48,166 bases of DNA from Macrostomum lignano. Its lineage: Eukaryota. Below are positions 43,280-48,166 of this stretch, piece after piece. Position 1 is the stretch's first letter. Each line of letters starts with the position of its first letter. The position numbers and the translations under genes are program-made. Below the pieces are notes generated by a model. That model searched no databases. It had not been told where the DNA came from and was given only the letters and a program-made list of their open reading frames with translations. The stretch spans positions 1-48,166 of the forward strand of contig NIVC01004371.1 of NCBI GenBank assembly GCA_002269645.1, in the 5' to 3' direction.

Positions 43280-46200
43280 GCGGATCCGAGACTGGAACGG
43301 CGAACGCTTGGTGTGACGACCGTTTGACAACTTCGCCCCATTCGTCTGCAAAGCAAGCGCAAAATGAATTGATAAGGCGAATTCCTTATATGGAAAGTAC
43401 AGTATGTTAATTCTAAGACTGGAAAAAGATAACTCTGTGAAGGACTGATAAGGAAGTAGCCGCACTTAGTGAAGAACTGATAAGGAGGCAGTGGCACTCT
43501 GTGAGGGACTAATACGGAGGCAGTGGCACTCTGTGAAGGGCTGATAAGGAGGTAGCCGCACTTAGTGAAGAACTGATAAGAAGGCAGTGGCACTCTTTGA
43601 AGGACTGATAAGGAGACAGTGGCACTCTGTGAAGGACTGATAAGGAGTCAGCGGCACTCTGTGAAGGACTGATAGGGAGGTAGCGGCACTCTGTGAAGGA
43701 CTGATCTGATAGGGAGGTAGCGGCACTGTGAATGCCTGGGGATGGTAGAGACAACGTCCTCCTATAAAACGCAGGCTCACTTCGTTCTTGTCTGCGGTTG
43801 CGCATCTGCCGTTTGAAGATTAGGACGGCAACAAAGACCAGTATGGAGAATCCGATCACGCAGGCTGAAATGCAGTTGGAAGGCTTTTTAATAAAGGCAG
43901 GTAGAGAACTTCGGGAAGGTACTTTTGTACTTCAACCTGCAGACAAACTGAGCAATCCCCTCCGTACGGAACAAAACCCGGAGCTGGGAATCAATGTGAC
44001 TTCTAAATATTTTTTCCACTTTCTTTCTAAACTCCATGGAGCAGAGGCCTAAATAAGGAACCACAATGACGGGACTACGATCCGGCTCGGGGTTTTGTTC
44101 CGTACGGAAAAGACCGCTCAGTTTGTCTGCAGGTTGAAGTCCCGTGTTCCTGGACATCAACCAACATCACCTAGAACATCACCTACATTGGTAACACTAA
44201 GCGACACTTGTACACAAGGGTTAAGGAGCATTGGATTAGAAATTCTGCCATCAATGAGCACCTTCTCACGTGCAACTCCTGCTGCAATATGAACTGTTGT
44301 GATATGTTTAAAGTTATCGTTTCCTGTAGCAAAGAAAACAAATTGAACATTCTCGAGGCTATGTACATCAAGGCTCAGAAACCAAGTTTGAACAGCCAGT
44401 TAGCCATGGGGGGTGCAAGCCGCCAACTCAATGTGTTTTAGCTACGTTGGCAGTCTCGTTGAACTTTATTTAGGTTTTCTTTCTCTTGCTAACCGGACTG
44501 GACTGAAATTGATTTGCACTTGGCATTGTACAGTCTTCATTTCTTAAATAAAATATATAACTTGGTTCTGTGTGATTAATTGACGCGTCTGCCCTGAAGA
44601 TGACCGATTGTGGTCGAAATGCATTGGCAAAACTAAAATGTTGATTTTGAGTTTTCTCTACCATGCAGGAAGGGACACTGGCCTGCCTAAATTTTCTTCA
44701 TGTTTGATGTTTAGTCTCGTCCAATTCTCTTAACTTACAACAGATCTTCTCACAAATTTTGATAAAAGGCTTCAACTTCTCTTTATTGCAATCATTACGA
44801 GTACCTGTCACCTTTAAAAGTTGACTTTGAAATTTGACAGGGTTCAAGGCAGCAACTATGACGCGCTACGACCCTTGGTTTGATTTTATGAAAGGCCAAA
44901 TGAAAAGTCATTTAAGAGCCTGTGCGCAAAGATTGGTTTCGGGGTTGTTGTGCGATTCAAAGCCATGAGAGCCAACCACCAAGGCACAGAGTGGACATGT
45001 CTGACAGTTAAAAAGCCAGGGCTATTGTACACCCTGTGTGAGCGTGTAACTGTGTGTAGCTGTAGCATCAGTCCTATCAAAATTTGAAAGAATGTGCTCA
45101 GAAACTCGCCTATCTGTTGTGTGCAAACGAAAGAACTAGACTAAACATGCACAAAATTTCGGGTAGGGCAGTACAAAAAGAGGCCTCCCCGATTTGAAAC
45201 GCCAATCAAGTTGTGCATGCCAGCGGGGCGGCTCACATAGCACCATGACGATGAACACTGGCAGTGTCATATTGGCGATGCGGCCAGTGCAGGAATAAGC
45301 GAATTCGTCCGAATTATCGTAGCAACTATCGAATCCGTCGCACACAAGCGAATCGGGTAGACAGCGGTAGCGGTAGTGCCAGCAGCTGAAGTAGCCAGTC
45401 GGACAAACAAAGGAGGAGCCGCGCAGAAAGCTGCTCAGAGTGACATCGAATGCATCCTGGCGTTGTACAGTTCGTTTGGGATCATCCGGATTATAGGACA
45501 GCATGATCTTCTGCGACGGGCCTTTGGTCTCGTCAAAGTGCAGATCGGGGCATTTCTGCAGATAGTTGGTGCAGTTGCAGCTCATCAGCGGCAGCGGGTC
45601 GGCTGGCACACGGACCTCGGAGCCAATCCACTCGTCTGGCACTACATCCATGCGCCAGCCAGTGAACATGTACACTGTGAAGGTTGGGCAGCTTTGACCG
45701 ATTCTGCGCAGGTCGACTTTGTTCAAGCGTACAGCGATGTACAAGTTTGGATCTGGTGCTTCAAAGTACATTGTGCAGTTAAAATTGGAGACTATTGGAC
45801 CATTTGTAACACGGAATCCATGGCCTCGCCTTGTGGTGTCATAGCAGGAATCCATTTTAACTGTGTTTTGAAAAAAAACATTAAAGAATCAAATTAATAT
45901 TATACTATATAGTTGTTAAATTATATCGATCAATAGTTGAATGATTAGTTAATATAAAAGTCCTAATTAAAAGTAAAAATTAAGAAAAACTTATATCATT
46001 CTAAAAAATGCTATTTTAAGTAGGATATAAAATAGATCTTATAGCATGAATAGATTTTAATACATTTTATCTAGTACCATTATTTTTGTAATTTATATAA
46101 TTTTATGTTATCATATATATCAAGGCGGAAGGCCTTTTTGTTTCAATAGATGGAATGGCAGCGAAGAGTTTATGCTGCTTTGTGCGTGTATTTATATATT

Positions 46201-47249
46201 TACAAACAACACCAGATAGAGGGGCCAAGCCAAGGGAGGTGCAAAACAGGTGGCATGGCGTGATTGGCTATGCCAACCCCCTGGCTTAGGGAGCCAGCTA
46301 GCGTGGTGCGCAACCACCCCACCTCAGCTAGACAGAGGTTGGGGGGGGTTTCCAGTGTGGCTGCACTGGTGCTGCCAGTCACGTACAGTCTGGCCGCCAC
46401 AATATCATCATTATTATTGTATTCTGCTTGAATGTATCTACCTATCATTCATATAAGACATTTAGGCTATATCTATGATGGCAATCTAGTATACCTATAT
46501 ATTAACAGTGGCGCAACCAGGGGGGGGGGGGGGCGGTCACCCCCCTTAGGCGGGGGACCGAAAAAAATCAAAGGGGGGACCAAGCGAATTTTCGCCAAAA
46601 ACAGAGCCACCCCTCCACCGCCCCCCCCCTCCCGGACTTTACCCTCAGAATCCGCCCCCCCCCCTTGAAAAATTTCTGGTTGCGCTACTGTATATTAATT
46701 TCTTTTTTTAAATGGTTATTTTATATAATATTAGATGAAATTCAGCTTTTATCTTTTTTTAAATACTTTCTCATACAGGACTTGCTTTTTTCCTTTATTA
46801 ATATATAACTCTTTATCTCAAAGTGAGCAAGTCTAGTTTAAAAAATCATCATTTATATCATTGTCATAAATACTAAATAGGACATAAAAGCTTTTATGCT
46901 TTAAGTAGTTAAAACATAAAATATGTCAAAAGCTAATTGGACATGCTTATAAATCTAAGTAGGCCTAGGCTGAATTATTTAATAAAATATACACTCAAAT
47001 ACAAATATTTAAAAAATTATACTTAAATAACTTCAGCTAAAAACTAAACAAATGGGCCTTCTTGAACTTTGGGTAGATATAGTAGTGCTATTAATATATA
47101 TTTATGATGTCATATGACAAAATATAAAGCGTATAGACCACTAAACTTAAAAACATGAAATGAAATTTCTTACCTTCAGCAGTAAACGAAATTACAATTT
47201 GAGGAAGGTAAACGACTACCAACATTAAACTGATGCACAGGCTGGCCAT
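43170..47249 (-). CDS. Single-pass membrane protein: signal peptide, CUB-like domain, LDLa repeat, TM helix, poly-Q cytoplasmic tail; exons 47249-47174, 45860-45237, 43864-43781, 43345-43170 (319 aa)
   Basis: All introns are GT-AG phase 1 and total 960 nt. Signal MASLCISLMLVVVYLPQIVIS; LDLa CPTGYFSC..RCLPDSLVCDGFDSCYDNSDE; TM LPVFIVMVLSCVIGFSILVFVAVLIF followed by KRQMRNRR. Confidence 0.78.
43430..43725 (+). repeat. ~32-bp minisatellite (GGCACTCTGTGAAGGACTGATAAGGAGGTAGC) in an intron
   Basis: About 9 visible units. Confidence 0.85.
43888..44650. mobile_element. Penelope-like element fragment (RT thumb plus GIY-YIG endonuclease) with inversion
   Basis: Plus strand TYIGNTKRHLYTRVKEH..SAINEH..LNILEAMYIKAQKPSLNSQ; minus strand VVPYLG..FRKKV..VLFRT. 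Confidence 0.85.
44590..44629 (+). ncRNA. Minimal type I hammerhead ribozyme of the Penelope terminal region
   Basis: TGCC-CTGAAGA-T-GACC-GATTGT-GGTC-GAA-ATGCAT-T-GGCA: stem I TGCC/GGCA, core CUGANGA and GAAA, stem II GACC/GGTC, palindromic stem III AUGCAU. Confidence 0.75.
44940..45005 (+). mobile_element. Degenerate SINE (family 2) 3' part, copy 3
   Basis: TTGTGCGATTC..GAGAGCCAACCACCAAGGCACAGAGTGGACATGTCTGACA. Confidence 0.45.
46506..46690. mobile_element. hAT-type MITE, 185 bp
   Basis: 15-bp TIR CAGTGGCGCAACCAG / CTGGTTGCGCTACTG (1 mismatch); 8-bp TSD TATATTAA at 46498-46505 and 46691-46698. Confidence 0.88.
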
Positions 47250-48166
47250 CTTTTAACTGCAATCGAAAGAAATTCTGAATGCCTCTAAATTGTTATATAA
47301 AAATTGCTACACCAAGGTTAACGACATATGTCACTAACTATACGTTTGTTGATATGCCCCTGGCTAGCTGACCTAAGTATATACAATTAACTTCCCGAAA
47401 ATAGAATAAAATGAATTAACGCTAAAGCGATACTTAAACTTTGTGAAAACATTACATTACTCAGAAGCTACATAAATAAACGATATAAAACTTAGCAGAT
47501 GGGTTAAAAACCAAGTAAATTAGATTACCGATTTAATAATTGCAATGATTTGTTTTACTAGGTAATAACGAAGCTTGTTGCTTTGGTTCCAGATTCCTAG
47601 CCAAAAATTGTTACTGCTTTTGGTAAAAGGCAGGCCTAATGTTCACCTTTTGATATTAATTACCTTTCTTATACCTCTATTAGTATTAATAAACCATTTT
47701 ATTTTGAAAAGTAGAATTGTCTTAATACACCAAAACCGACGCGATGCTTGTGTGTTGCAAGTGAACTCTTTCACTACTAGCAAGTCAGCATCGAAACTTA
47801 TATGGGAAAACTGCAAGTTTTTCGGATCAGGCTTTAGCCTATTTTTATGTTTATAATTTCATATCCAACATCTCAGTGTAACTCGTCGTATGCAGGCTGT
47901 AGCGTACGTGCCTAAAATCATGAAAATGGCAGAGCTCTATTTTATTTTTCTTAGCTTGATGACTGCAAGGACAACTTAAGTTACTTGTTGTATATAACTT
48001 GAGTAGTCCTTGAATGACTGTGTAGCAAAATGCTTAATCCAATGATAAAATAGATTCATAAAATTATGAGCCAGAGTTGTGGCATTTTTAAAATTAATAC
48101 GAGCTCGAATCCTAGTTTTCTAAACGAAAAACTTTATTAATGGAATAGCTAGCTAAAAGAAAGGCA

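Noticed and set aside
45376-45897. 173-aa plus-strand ORF
   Set aside because: Antisense shadow of the CUB-like/LDLa exon.
46200-46430. Possible LINE/SINE 3' tail ending in (ATT)n
   Set aside because: Too little diagnostic sequence to assign.

Overview
Animal (invertebrate) genomic DNA with spliced host genes and many repeats; the host species cannot be determined from the sequence. The main feature is a complete, apparently intact and young Maverick/Polinton (adintovirus-like endogenous dsDNA virus) at 1069-17035, with 155-bp TIRs (1 mismatch) starting AGTAGTAG and a perfect 6-bp TSD (ACTGTG). It encodes pPolB (predicted to be spliced, with vOTU-like and EndoVII/HNH modules), a chromodomain integrase, packaging ATPase, adenain protease, major and minor capsid proteins, a pVII-like core protein, PW and other conserved ORFs. 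Unusually, it also encodes a divergent TATA-binding protein (TBP) homolog and a tandem-PC4 protein, which together suggest a virus-borne basal transcription module (function is inferred). Host genes reconstructed by hand with phase-consistent GT-AG introns: a MATH-BTB protein with a long QQQEDLQK repeat, ELOF1, BPHL, and a CUB-like/LDLa single-pass receptor. Other elements: a decayed P-element with an 8-bp TSD, an internally inverted RTE-like LINE, a Penelope fragment with a hammerhead ribozyme, Merlin and MULE-like relics, MITEs, two SINE families, several minisatellites, and strongly CpG-depleted tracts. All protein assignments come from motif recognition by eye, not from database searches.
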